In this document: positions 49,211 to 57,889 of the stretch, piece after piece
Layout of the letters: the number at the start of each line of letters is the position of its first letter
How positions within the stretch are numbered: the first letter of the stretch is position 1
From: Candidatus Limimorpha avicola
GTDB taxonomy: Bacteria > Bacteroidota > Bacteroidia > Bacteroidales > F082
Assembly: GCA_020907925.1 (NCBI GenBank)
Contig: DZDN01000058.1
Location: forward strand, 1,574 to 65,573
Direction: 5' to 3'
DNA: 64,000 bases
Position numbers and translations under genes: made by a program
The notes under the pieces: model-generated
What the model was told of the DNA's origin: nothing
The model's database searches: none
What the model saw: only the letters and a program-made list of their open reading frames with translations

Positions 49211-49225
49211 AACATATTGTCTATC

Positions 49226-50146
49226 ATGTCAATTTCATTAAAAAATCGCAGTTTGATTTCCATCAACGACTACACGCCTGAGGAAATATGTCATATTCTT
49301 GACATTGGTGAAGACTTTGAAAGAAATCGTCATCAAAACTTATTAAATGGCAGAGTCATTGCCTCTTTATTTTTTGAACCCTCCACAAGAACGAGACTGA
49401 GTTTTGAGACAGCAATACAACTATTAGGAGGCAATGTCATAGGATTCAGCAGCACTGCCGGTACCAGTGTACAGAAAGGTGAATCTTTAAAAGATACCAT
49501 AATAATGGTTGCGAGCTATGCAGATCTTATAGTAATGCGCAATCCGATAGACGGTTCTGCCCGCTTTGCCTCTGAAGTATCAAAAGTGCCAATTATCAAT
49601 GCCGGAGACGGTTCAAACCAACATCCGACTCAATGTCTTCTTGATTTATATTCAATACGTAAAACTCAAGGTACTCTTGAAAATCTTGAGATAACAATGG
49701 TTGGAGATTTAAAATATGGCAGGACGGTACACAGTCTTGTACAAGCCATGTGTCACTTCAATGCAAAATTCAATTTTGTTTCTCCTGAAGAATTAAGAAT
49801 GCCCAACACTGTTATTCAATACATCAAAGACGCCAATCTAAGATATGATGAATATACCGACATAGAAGATGTTATTCCTCATTCAGATATAATATATATG
49901 ACAAGAGTTCAAAGGGAGCGTTTTCCTGATCCTCTTGAATATGAAAAAGTTAAAAACTCATATATACTTCGCAATCACATGCTTGCCGATGCGAAATCAA
50001 ATTGTCGCATATTGCATCCTCTACCGAGAGTAAATGAGATCAACGTTGACGTAGATGCAAATCCGATGGCATATTATTTTCAGCAAGCCCAGAACGGTTT
50101 GTTTGTCAGACAGGCTTTGATAGCTGCAATATTAGGTCTTAAATAA
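49226..50146 (+). CDS. pyrB: Aspartate carbamoyltransferase catalytic subunit
   Basis: STRTR, HPTQ and HPLPR motifs. The ATG at 49226 is preferred over the TTG at 49217. Confidence 0.92.
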   Translation: MSISLKNRSLISINDYTPEEICHILDIGEDFERNRHQNLLNGRVIASLFFEPSTRTRLSFETAIQLLGGNVIGFSSTAGTSVQKGESLKDTIIMVASYADLIVMRNPIDGSARFASEVSKVPIINAGDGSNQHPTQCLLDLYSIRKTQGTLENLEITMVGDLKYGRTVHSLVQAMCHFNAKFNFVSPEELRMPNTVIQYIKDANLRYDEYTDIEDVIPHSDIIYMTRVQRERFPDPLEYEKVKNSYILRNHMLADAKSNCRILHPLPRVNEINVDVDANPMAYYFQQAQNGLFVRQALIAAILGLK

Positions 50147-50161
50147 TAAAATTTTGTAATC

Positions 50162-50629
50162 ATGGATAAAAGAAAAGAACTTATAGTATCAGCAATAGAA
50201 AACGGGACTGTAATCGACCACATACCGGCTGACAAAGTTTTCGAAGTAGTAAAGATATTGGGACTTGACAATTACGATGGTCCAATATATTTTGGTACAA
50301 ATCTCGAAAGCAAGAAATACGGTCGCAAAGGCATAATCAAAATCAACAACAGATTCTTTGCTCCTGAAGACATCAATAAAATTGCCCTGGTTGCTCCTAC
50401 TGCCACGTTAATAGAAATCAAAGATTTTGAAGTCATAAAAAAACATACAGTAGAAGTCCCTGATTATGTTGACAATATAGTTAAATGTTTCAATCCCAAC
50501 TGTGTAACCAACAAGGAAAGAGACATTCCTACTAAATTCAATGTCATTAAAGATGAAAATGGAGTTATTAAACTCAGGTGTCATTACTGTGAAAAATACA
50601 CCACTGAAGACAATATGACATTTATATAA
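50162..50629 (+). CDS. pyrI: Aspartate carbamoyltransferase regulatory subunit
   Basis: IENGTVIDHIP motif and a C-terminal Zn domain (CFNPNC...CHYC). Confidence 0.92.
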   Translation: MDKRKELIVSAIENGTVIDHIPADKVFEVVKILGLDNYDGPIYFGTNLESKKYGRKGIIKINNRFFAPEDINKIALVAPTATLIEIKDFEVIKKHTVEVPDYVDNIVKCFNPNCVTNKERDIPTKFNVIKDENGVIKLRCHYCEKYTTEDNMTFI

Positions 50630-50632
50630 CAA

Positions 50633-52036
50633 TCACCTTAGTTTTATATCTTTCCATTTATCGGTCAATCTCGATGAATAAATAACAGAAGGTGTTTGAG
50701 TTTTTTTAAACTCTGATAATGAGTATGTTTTAACTTTACTCTGAACTTCATAAAACAATCCCCCGAGTGTTAGATTTGAGGGATTGTTTTGTATTTCTTT
50801 CAAAAGGAAATATGTAAAGACACCGTGTTTCTTATCTTCATACTGAAAAGCCGTTTCGTTTCCCTGTGCAGCGAAACAAGCCACCACATTGCCATCAAGC
50901 ACCCTTGTCTTGGATTTTATTCCTGACGTTATATCATCGACTAAAACTGTTCCTTTTCTATTATAACAATTAAAACTCGCATCAACAAACACCACAGCTG
51001 ATTTTACCGGCATGGCACTCAGATTCTCAAAGAAATAATCCACGCTAAAACATGTTTTTATTTTTGAGAAGCGACCTTCTACAGGGACGAAATACGACTT
51101 TTTGTTTCTGTTTGACGATATGCCATGTCCGACATAATATATTATAAATTTGGTCTCCTCTCCATATTGCTTTGCCACGCCAGACATCCATTTTATCATT
51201 ATCTCAAAATCCTTCAATGTGGCATTTTGCACAAATTTAAGGTTTCTTTTCGGGACACACAAAGTTTTTATACAATAATTCTTAAATGTTTCGGCATCAT
51301 TTTTAGCGAACTTAACCTTAGGCTCCTTTCTATAATTTTCATTTGCTATTATCACGACCCAAGTATTCTTATTCACTGAATCCATCACCGGAATATCCTT
51401 GTCTATACTATGGTTTTTCTCATCGACACCGTTACGCACTCTTTCTCCAAAAATATATACAGGAGATAGCATATAAGGTACTCCCATATACATAGAGTCA
51501 ATTATCCCCTTATTAATATATTGAAATCTCGAGCCGTCAGGCAGCATAAAATCCACCTTTGCCAACCCAAGAGTATCTTTATAAATAAAATAATCCGGTT
51601 TCAACACTATATCAGACCATGAAGAGATAAAATAATCAGATTTTACGACAGGCACTTTTACCGACAATCGTCCAAAATAATTTTCAGACATAATCATCTG
51701 TTCATTATTCCTGTCATAACCATCAATATTCAAATCGAGGACATAAGTTCTTGATATTTCTTCCAGATACTTATCAGATGCCTCAGCCTCCAAAAGGACT
51801 ATCATCTCCTGCTTATGAGATTCACTAACTCTGTTTTTATATCTTGCATTAGATTCTCCCGGCTGTTTTCTCTGCCATTCATCAATTGCATTTTCCACAT
51901 AAGCCTTTACGAAAACACTATATCCAGATTCAGGACGTACCATTCTGACGGGTTTAGACGAAGTCAACGACACTATCTGTCCAAACAACATTGAACTCAT
52001 CAATACCAACAATATAGTCAACAAATGTTTTCGCAT
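50633..52036 (-). CDS. Secreted caspase-fold (peptidase C14-like) protein with a ~220-aa N-terminal domain of unknown function; Ser at the catalytic Cys position
   Basis: Signal peptide. The caspase p20-like pattern is VVIIANENY..L.FAKNDAE.F, then YYVGHG (His present), then VVFVDAS (canonical is DAC), then HGVFTYFLL...QTP. Confidence 0.65.
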   Translation of the reverse strand: MRKHLLTILLVLMSSMLFGQIVSLTSSKPVRMVRPESGYSVFVKAYVENAIDEWQRKQPGESNARYKNRVSESHKQEMIVLLEAEASDKYLEEISRTYVLDLNIDGYDRNNEQMIMSENYFGRLSVKVPVVKSDYFISSWSDIVLKPDYFIYKDTLGLAKVDFMLPDGSRFQYINKGIIDSMYMGVPYMLSPVYIFGERVRNGVDEKNHSIDKDIPVMDSVNKNTWVVIIANENYRKEPKVKFAKNDAETFKNYCIKTLCVPKRNLKFVQNATLKDFEIMIKWMSGVAKQYGEETKFIIYYVGHGISSNRNKKSYFVPVEGRFSKIKTCFSVDYFFENLSAMPVKSAVVFVDASFNCYNRKGTVLVDDITSGIKSKTRVLDGNVVACFAAQGNETAFQYEDKKHGVFTYFLLKEIQNNPSNLTLGGLFYEVQSKVKTYSLSEFKKTQTPSVIYSSRLTDKWKDIKLR

Positions 52037-52037
52037 C

Positions 52038-53165
52038 TTACAAAGCCAATCTAAATCCTATGTCAAAACGCCGTGTATTAGGGACAAGACCCTGTCTATA
52101 ATGGATACGGCATTTTTCTTCCCTATCATACCAGCTTCCACCTCTTACCGCAAAAAACGCCCCCTCTTCCTTACCCGTAGGATTGATCTGAGAACCTCCT
52201 TCGTAATCCCCAAAAATATCTCCGCACCATTCAGACACATTACCTGTCATGTCGAACAAACCAAGTTCATTTGACAGTTTCTGAGCGACATGATGCACGC
52301 CATAGTCAATATCATCTTGACCCACATTACAACTATTATACCAATACCATGCCACATCATAAATATCATGGCCACCTGAGAAAAGATATCTGTTAGAATC
52401 CTCACCACCTTTAGCTGCATATTCCCATTCCGCCTCTGTCGGCAATCTAAAATCCTCTCCCGTAACATGTTTCAGCCATGTACAATATGCCACTGCATCA
52501 TTCCAACTAACATGTATCACAGCTCTGTCGTAGTCAGCCTCATTCAAGACATTACCATCCTGGTCACATCTCCAGTTCACACCTTTTTTCAACTCCCAAT
52601 AGCCTCTGCCCCAGACATAGCTGCCGCCATATTTATCCGCATCTGTCTTATAATCGGTAGCATCTACAAACTGTTTAAACATGCGTACTGTAACCTCAGT
52701 CTTACCAATACAAAAATCACTCACCACCACTTCATGTGCAGGCATAGTATTACTCTTAGGAGCGTTATTTTTCTGCTTTTCTCCCATCATAAAAGAGCCG
52801 CCCATCACTTTCATCATCTCTATCAAAGTGCCGTTGACATCTATAGTACGTTTAGCCTCTTTTATTTTCACCTTAAAAACCACAGCGTCAGAATACAACA
52901 TGTCGCGTTCCGCATATACGTGCCACACTGCAGTTTTTTTCCCTGGCATAACATTCTCACCCACATCGCCGCTCACCTGTTTCAACGGCGGTCCAAAAGT
53001 CTTGCCTCCATCTGTAGAGCATTGAATATCAATATCCGACACAGCATCAAGAACATAATATATCTCTATATTATTACCGACAACCTTGAAGTCAGCGTCA
53101 GTAACACTTTGCGTTCTTGCTGTCAGAGTCACTGTCAGGAAGAGGAGGCAAAACAACCTTTTCAT
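52038..53165 (-). CDS. Secreted FGE/SUMF1-fold (FGE-sulfatase domain) protein with an N-terminal beta-sandwich-like domain
   Basis: Signal peptide. HEV.V..F.IGKTEVT, WNDAVAYCTWL, RLPTEAEWEYAAKGG, NVSEWC, RGGSW and GFRL motifs. Confidence 0.8.
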   Translation of the reverse strand: MKRLFCLLFLTVTLTARTQSVTDADFKVVGNNIEIYYVLDAVSDIDIQCSTDGGKTFGPPLKQVSGDVGENVMPGKKTAVWHVYAERDMLYSDAVVFKVKIKEAKRTIDVNGTLIEMMKVMGGSFMMGEKQKNNAPKSNTMPAHEVVVSDFCIGKTEVTVRMFKQFVDATDYKTDADKYGGSYVWGRGYWELKKGVNWRCDQDGNVLNEADYDRAVIHVSWNDAVAYCTWLKHVTGEDFRLPTEAEWEYAAKGGEDSNRYLFSGGHDIYDVAWYWYNSCNVGQDDIDYGVHHVAQKLSNELGLFDMTGNVSEWCGDIFGDYEGGSQINPTGKEEGAFFAVRGGSWYDREEKCRIHYRQGLVPNTRRFDIGFRLAL

Positions 53166-53171
53166 AATAAT

Positions 53172-53483
53172 TTAAGCTTCTCCGGCGGTACCATTACCAA
53201 CGTTGAATGTCATTCTGTCATTTACGTCTTTAATAGGACCGAACATAGCCTCATATTTATTTATATTATCCGCCAATGCCTTAAATAAACGTTTAGCATG
53301 TTGAGGAGACAATATAACACGAGACTTCACTCTTGCTTTTGGAGTTCCAGGCATTATTTGGGCAAAATCAACAACAAATTCTGAATTAGAATGTCCTATC
53401 ACAGCAAAATTAGAATATACTCCGCCGGCGACCTCGTCTGTTATCTCAATGCCAATTTGATTTTTTTCCTTATTATTATCCAT
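53172..53483 (-). CDS. DUF3467 domain protein
   Basis: GVYSNFAVIGHSNSEFVVDFAQIMPG pattern and the conserved position downstream of rpoC in Bacteroidota. Confidence 0.75.
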   Translation of the reverse strand: MDNNKEKNQIGIEITDEVAGGVYSNFAVIGHSNSEFVVDFAQIMPGTPKARVKSRVILSPQHAKRLFKALADNINKYEAMFGPIKDVNDRMTFNVGNGTAGEA

Positions 53484-53506
53484 AACTTACGATTAAAAAT
53501 TTTCAA

Positions 53507-53514
53507 CAAAGATA
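53507..53514 (-). promoter_or_regulatory. Bacteroidota -7 promoter box TATCTTTG (minus strand) for DUF3467 and the two downstream genes
   Basis: CAAAGATA on the plus strand, 24 nt upstream of the DUF3467 ATG and just after the rpoC terminator. Confidence 0.5.
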
Positions 53515-53526
53515 ACAATTATTTTC

Positions 53527-53563
53527 ATAAAAAAAAGGTTGACTAAAAAAATCAGTCAACCTT
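53527..53563 (-). terminator. Intrinsic terminator after rpoC
   Basis: 10-bp stem AAGGTTGACT/AGTCAACCTT followed by T8 on the minus strand. Confidence 0.75.
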
Positions 53564-53590
53564 CTGTTTAACATCAGCTATACATTGATG

Positions 53591-56500
53591 TCATTTTTTC
53601 TCAGTAAATTGTTCATAATCCTCCTTAGAACCGACAACGAGGTCATCATATTCACGAAGGCCCGTTCCGGCAGGTATTTTATGTCCTACTATAACATTTT
53701 CCTTCATACCTTCAAGGGTATCAGTCTTGGCATTTATAGCGGCAAGAGTCAACACCTTGGTAGTTTCCTGGAAAGAAGCAGCAGATATGAAACTATCCGT
53801 TTGAAGAGCAGCACGGGTAATACCTTGGAGCACCTGTACTGCAGTAGCAGGACGAGCATCACGTGCCTCCACAAGTTTCTTATCCTTACGTTTCAACAAA
53901 GAATTCTCATCACGCAATTTTCTAAAAGATATCAGTTGTCCAGGATATAAATTCTCTGAATCGCCGGCGTCTGTAACAACAACTTTACCAAATATCTCGT
54001 CATTACATTCCTGGAAAGTAACCTTATTAACCAATTCTCCTTCAAGGAATCTGGTATCACCCGGATCTGCAATCTCCACCTTACGCATCATCTGACGTAC
54101 AATGACCTCAAAATGTTTTCCATTAATGGTAACACCCTGTGAACGATATACTTCCTGAATCTCATTAACGATAAACTCCTGCACTTTCATAGGGCCTTCT
54201 ATGGCAAGGATATTCGCCGGTGTTATAGCGCCGTCAGACAAAGGCTGTCCTGCCTTGACGAAATCGTTTTCCTGGGCAAGGATTTGTTTTGTTGTAGGTA
54301 TGAGGTAACTCTTTCTCTCGCCTGTCTTTGAAGTTATAATAACCTCTCTGTTACCACGTTTCAATTTCTTCTCGAACGACACCACTCCATCTATTTCCGA
54401 TACCACAGCAGGTTCCGAAGAATTACGTGCCTCGAACAACTCAGTAACACGAGGAAGACCTCCGGTGATATCGCCCAACTTACCTATTGCACGCGGTATT
54501 TTCACGAGCATGTCGCAAGCTTTAATGACATCGCCTTCCTCCACCATAATATGAGCACCTACCGGCAAGTCGTACGACTTGATAACTTCTCCGTTCTTAT
54601 CGAGTATGGAGATTGAAGGATTCTTCGAATATCTACGAGCCTCAATAATAACACGTTCATTATAACCTGTCTGTTCGTCAGACTCATTACGGAAAGTAAC
54701 ACCTTCAACAATATTATCATAACGAACTTTACCATTATACTCAGACAATATCAATGCGTTATAAGGATCCCATTCGCAGATAAGGTCTCCAGCCTTCACC
54801 TCTGTATTTGCAGGGATATAAAGTTTAGCGCCGTAAGGAATGTTGGCAGTAGTAAGAGCGACACCTGTAGTAGGGTCGATAATCTTCATCTCAGCTGAAC
54901 GTCCTATCACGACCTGATATTTCCTATCATCTTTATCCACATAATCCTCAACACGAAGTTCATCTATCTCAAGGATACCGTTATATTTAGCTTTTATAGA
55001 AGAGTCGTCCATAGTCTTTGATGCAGTACCACCTTGATGGAAAGTACGCAATGTAAGCTGAGTACCAGGTTCTCCGATTGACTGTGCAGCGATCACACCA
55101 ACAGCCTCACCTCTTTGAACGAGTTTGCCGGATGCCAAGTTACGGCCATAACAATTTGCGCATACTCCATGTTTCGACTCACATGTCAACACTGAACGAA
55201 TCTCAACACTCTCAATAGGAGAATCGCATATTTTGGCTGCTATAGGTTCAGTTATTTCCTGGCCTCCCTGTATCAACAACTCACCAGTCTGCGGATGGAA
55301 GATGTCATGCAGAGCGACACGTCCCAAGATACGGTCATACAAAGATTCAACTATTTCGTCACCTCTACGCAAAGCACTTATTGTCAATCCTCTCAATGTA
55401 CCACAATCTTTTTCAGTGACAATAACATCGTGTGCCACGTCAACGAGACGACGTGTAAGATAACCGGCGTCAGCCGTCTTCAAAGCCGTATCAGCAAGCC
55501 CCTTACGGGCACCGTGAGTAGAGATGAAGTACTCGAGCACGGAAAGACCCTCTTTAAAGTTGGAGAGAATAGGGTTCTCAATAATCTCAGCGCCACCGGC
55601 AGCATTAGATTTTTGAGGTTTTGCCATCAAACCACGCATACCGCACAACTGACGAATCTGTTCCTTAGAACCACGAGCTCCAGAATCAAGCATCATAAAC
55701 ACAGGGTTGAATCCCTGGTCATCTTTAGGGAGGAGGTTCATAACCTCTTCGGTAAGTTTGGTTACCACATGTCCCCAAATATCTATAATCTTATTATAAC
55801 GTTCATTTGTTGTAATAAAGCCCATATTGTATTCTTCACGAATACCGGCGACTTCTTCATTAGCCTGTTTGATAAGTTCTTCCTTAACAGTAGGAATCAA
55901 CACATCACCAAGGTTGAATGACAACCCGCCTTTGAAAGCCATATTATACCCCATATTCTTGATATCATCTAGGAATTTCGTTGTGATGGCAGTTCCAAGA
56001 AGTTTCACCATCTCACCGATAATATCACGCAAGGCCTTTTTATTCAACAATTGGTTGATATAACCGAATCCCTTGGGCACCAACTGATTGAACAACACAC
56101 GTCCCACCGTCGTCTCAACCATTTTCTCGACAAATTCGTCATTTTCACGTACAGTAACATTAACGTAAATAATGGCGTGCATATCGACTTTTTTCTCATT
56201 ATAAGCGATAATAACCTCTTCTGCCGAATAAAAACGTTTTCCTTCACCTTTCACCGGGTGGTCCGGAGTACTTTTACGCGGTTTTGTGATATAATACAAC
56301 CCCAATACCATGTCTTGTGAAGGCACTGTAATAGGCATACCATTGGCAGGATTCAGAATATTATGCGAAGCAAGCATTAAAATCTGTGCTTCCAACACTG
56401 CTGCATTGCCGAGTGGCACGTGAACAGCCATCTGGTCACCGTCGAAGTCGGCGTTGAATGCGGTACATACCAACGGGTGCAACCGTATTGCCTTGCCTTC

Positions 56501-57862
56501 CACGAGTTTAGGTTGGAAAGCCTGAATACCGAGACGGTGCAAGGTAGGAGCACGATTCAGCAATATGGGGTGGCCTTTCAAGATATTCTCTAAGATATCC
56601 CATACATCGGCTTCTTTCTTGTCAATTAATTTCTTGGCTGATTTTACAGTTTTAACTCTACCTCTTTCTATCAGTTTACGTATGATAAACGGTTTAAACA
56701 ACTCGGCTGCCATATCTTTAGGAAGACCGCACTCGTTCATATTGAGATCCGGACCTACGACAATAACGGAACGACCTGAATAGTCAACACGTTTACCCAA
56801 CAAATTCTGACGGAAACGTCCTGATTTTCCTTTTAGGCTATCGCTAAGTGATTTCAAAGGTCGGTTGGATTCAGTCTTCACCGCACTGGATTTACGAGAG
56901 TTATCCAACAATGAATCGACAGCTTCCTGCAACATACGTTTCTCATTACGCATGATAACATCAGGAGCTTTGATTTCAATAAGTCGTTTCAAACGATTAT
57001 TGCGTATGATGACACGGCGGTAGAGATCATTCAAATCGGAAGTAGCGAAGCGGCCACCATCGAGGGGCACCAACGGTCTCAACTCAGGTGGTATTACCGG
57101 TACGACTTTCAATATCATCCATTCAGGACGGTTTTCTATACGTTTTTGAGCATCACGGAATGCCTCAAATACATGCAAACGTTTCAAGGCATCTTGCTTA
57201 CGCTGTTGTGAAGTCTCTTTTCCTGCCTTATCGCGCAACTCTGCCGATTCCTTATCCAAATCCAATTGTGCCAAAAGGTCATAAATGGCATCTGCGCCCA
57301 TTTTTGCAATAAATTTATTTGGGTCATCATCAGGCAAATGCATATTATCAGCAGGAAGATTCTCGAGAATATCGAGATATTCTTCTTCCGACAACAAATC
57401 CAATTTATTGATACCATCTTTTTCCTTGATACCTGGTTGTATGACGACGTATCTCTCATAATAGATGATACTGTCAAGTTTTTTTGTCTGTATCCCGAGT
57501 AAAGCACCTATTTTATTAGGCAGAGAGCGGAAATACCAGATATGAGCGACAGGCACCACCAATTTGATGTGACCTGTTCTTTCACGTCTTACCTTTTTCT
57601 CAGTCACTTCCACGCCACAACGGTCGCAAACGATATTTTTGTAACGGATACGTTTATATTTACCGCAATGACATTCCCAATCCTTTACCGGTCCAAAAAT
57701 TCTCTCGCAGAACAATCCATCGCGTTCAGGTTTATATGTACGATAGTTGATTGTTTCAGGCTTAAGCACTTCACCGTATGAGCGTTCCAATATAGACTCA
57801 GGTGAAGCAAGACTTATTGTAATCTTTGAAAAATTGCTATTTACTGTGTTCCTAAAAGCCAT
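53591..57862 (-). CDS. rpoC: DNA-directed RNA polymerase subunit beta'
   Basis: 1423 aa with the Zn-binding CHCGKY..C..CGVEV segment, the NADFDGD active site, and trigger-loop regions. Confidence 0.97.
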   Translation of the reverse strand: MAFRNTVNSNFSKITISLASPESILERSYGEVLKPETINYRTYKPERDGLFCERIFGPVKDWECHCGKYKRIRYKNIVCDRCGVEVTEKKVRRERTGHIKLVVPVAHIWYFRSLPNKIGALLGIQTKKLDSIIYYERYVVIQPGIKEKDGINKLDLLSEEEYLDILENLPADNMHLPDDDPNKFIAKMGADAIYDLLAQLDLDKESAELRDKAGKETSQQRKQDALKRLHVFEAFRDAQKRIENRPEWMILKVVPVIPPELRPLVPLDGGRFATSDLNDLYRRVIIRNNRLKRLIEIKAPDVIMRNEKRMLQEAVDSLLDNSRKSSAVKTESNRPLKSLSDSLKGKSGRFRQNLLGKRVDYSGRSVIVVGPDLNMNECGLPKDMAAELFKPFIIRKLIERGRVKTVKSAKKLIDKKEADVWDILENILKGHPILLNRAPTLHRLGIQAFQPKLVEGKAIRLHPLVCTAFNADFDGDQMAVHVPLGNAAVLEAQILMLASHNILNPANGMPITVPSQDMVLGLYYITKPRKSTPDHPVKGEGKRFYSAEEVIIAYNEKKVDMHAIIYVNVTVRENDEFVEKMVETTVGRVLFNQLVPKGFGYINQLLNKKALRDIIGEMVKLLGTAITTKFLDDIKNMGYNMAFKGGLSFNLGDVLIPTVKEELIKQANEEVAGIREEYNMGFITTNERYNKIIDIWGHVVTKLTEEVMNLLPKDDQGFNPVFMMLDSGARGSKEQIRQLCGMRGLMAKPQKSNAAGGAEIIENPILSNFKEGLSVLEYFISTHGARKGLADTALKTADAGYLTRRLVDVAHDVIVTEKDCGTLRGLTISALRRGDEIVESLYDRILGRVALHDIFHPQTGELLIQGGQEITEPIAAKICDSPIESVEIRSVLTCESKHGVCANCYGRNLASGKLVQRGEAVGVIAAQSIGEPGTQLTLRTFHQGGTASKTMDDSSIKAKYNGILEIDELRVEDYVDKDDRKYQVVIGRSAEMKIIDPTTGVALTTANIPYGAKLYIPANTEVKAGDLICEWDPYNALILSEYNGKVRYDNIVEGVTFRNESDEQTGYNERVIIEARRYSKNPSISILDKNGEVIKSYDLPVGAHIMVEEGDVIKACDMLVKIPRAIGKLGDITGGLPRVTELFEARNSSEPAVVSEIDGVVSFEKKLKRGNREVIITSKTGERKSYLIPTTKQILAQENDFVKAGQPLSDGAITPANILAIEGPMKVQEFIVNEIQEVYRSQGVTINGKHFEVIVRQMMRKVEIADPGDTRFLEGELVNKVTFQECNDEIFGKVVVTDAGDSENLYPGQLISFRKLRDENSLLKRKDKKLVEARDARPATAVQVLQGITRAALQTDSFISAASFQETTKVLTLAAINAKTDTLEGMKENVIVGHKIPAGTGLREYDDLVVGSKEDYEQFTEKK

Positions 57863-57889
57863 ATTTGGTCAAAATATTATAGAACTTTA

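Noticed and set aside
52467-53288. 273-aa plus-strand ORF, together with the nested ORF 52681-53025
   Set aside because: It lies entirely antisense to the well-supported FGE-fold gene. The translation is low-complexity, His/Ile/Phe-rich, and carries no motif. It is a typical shadow ORF.
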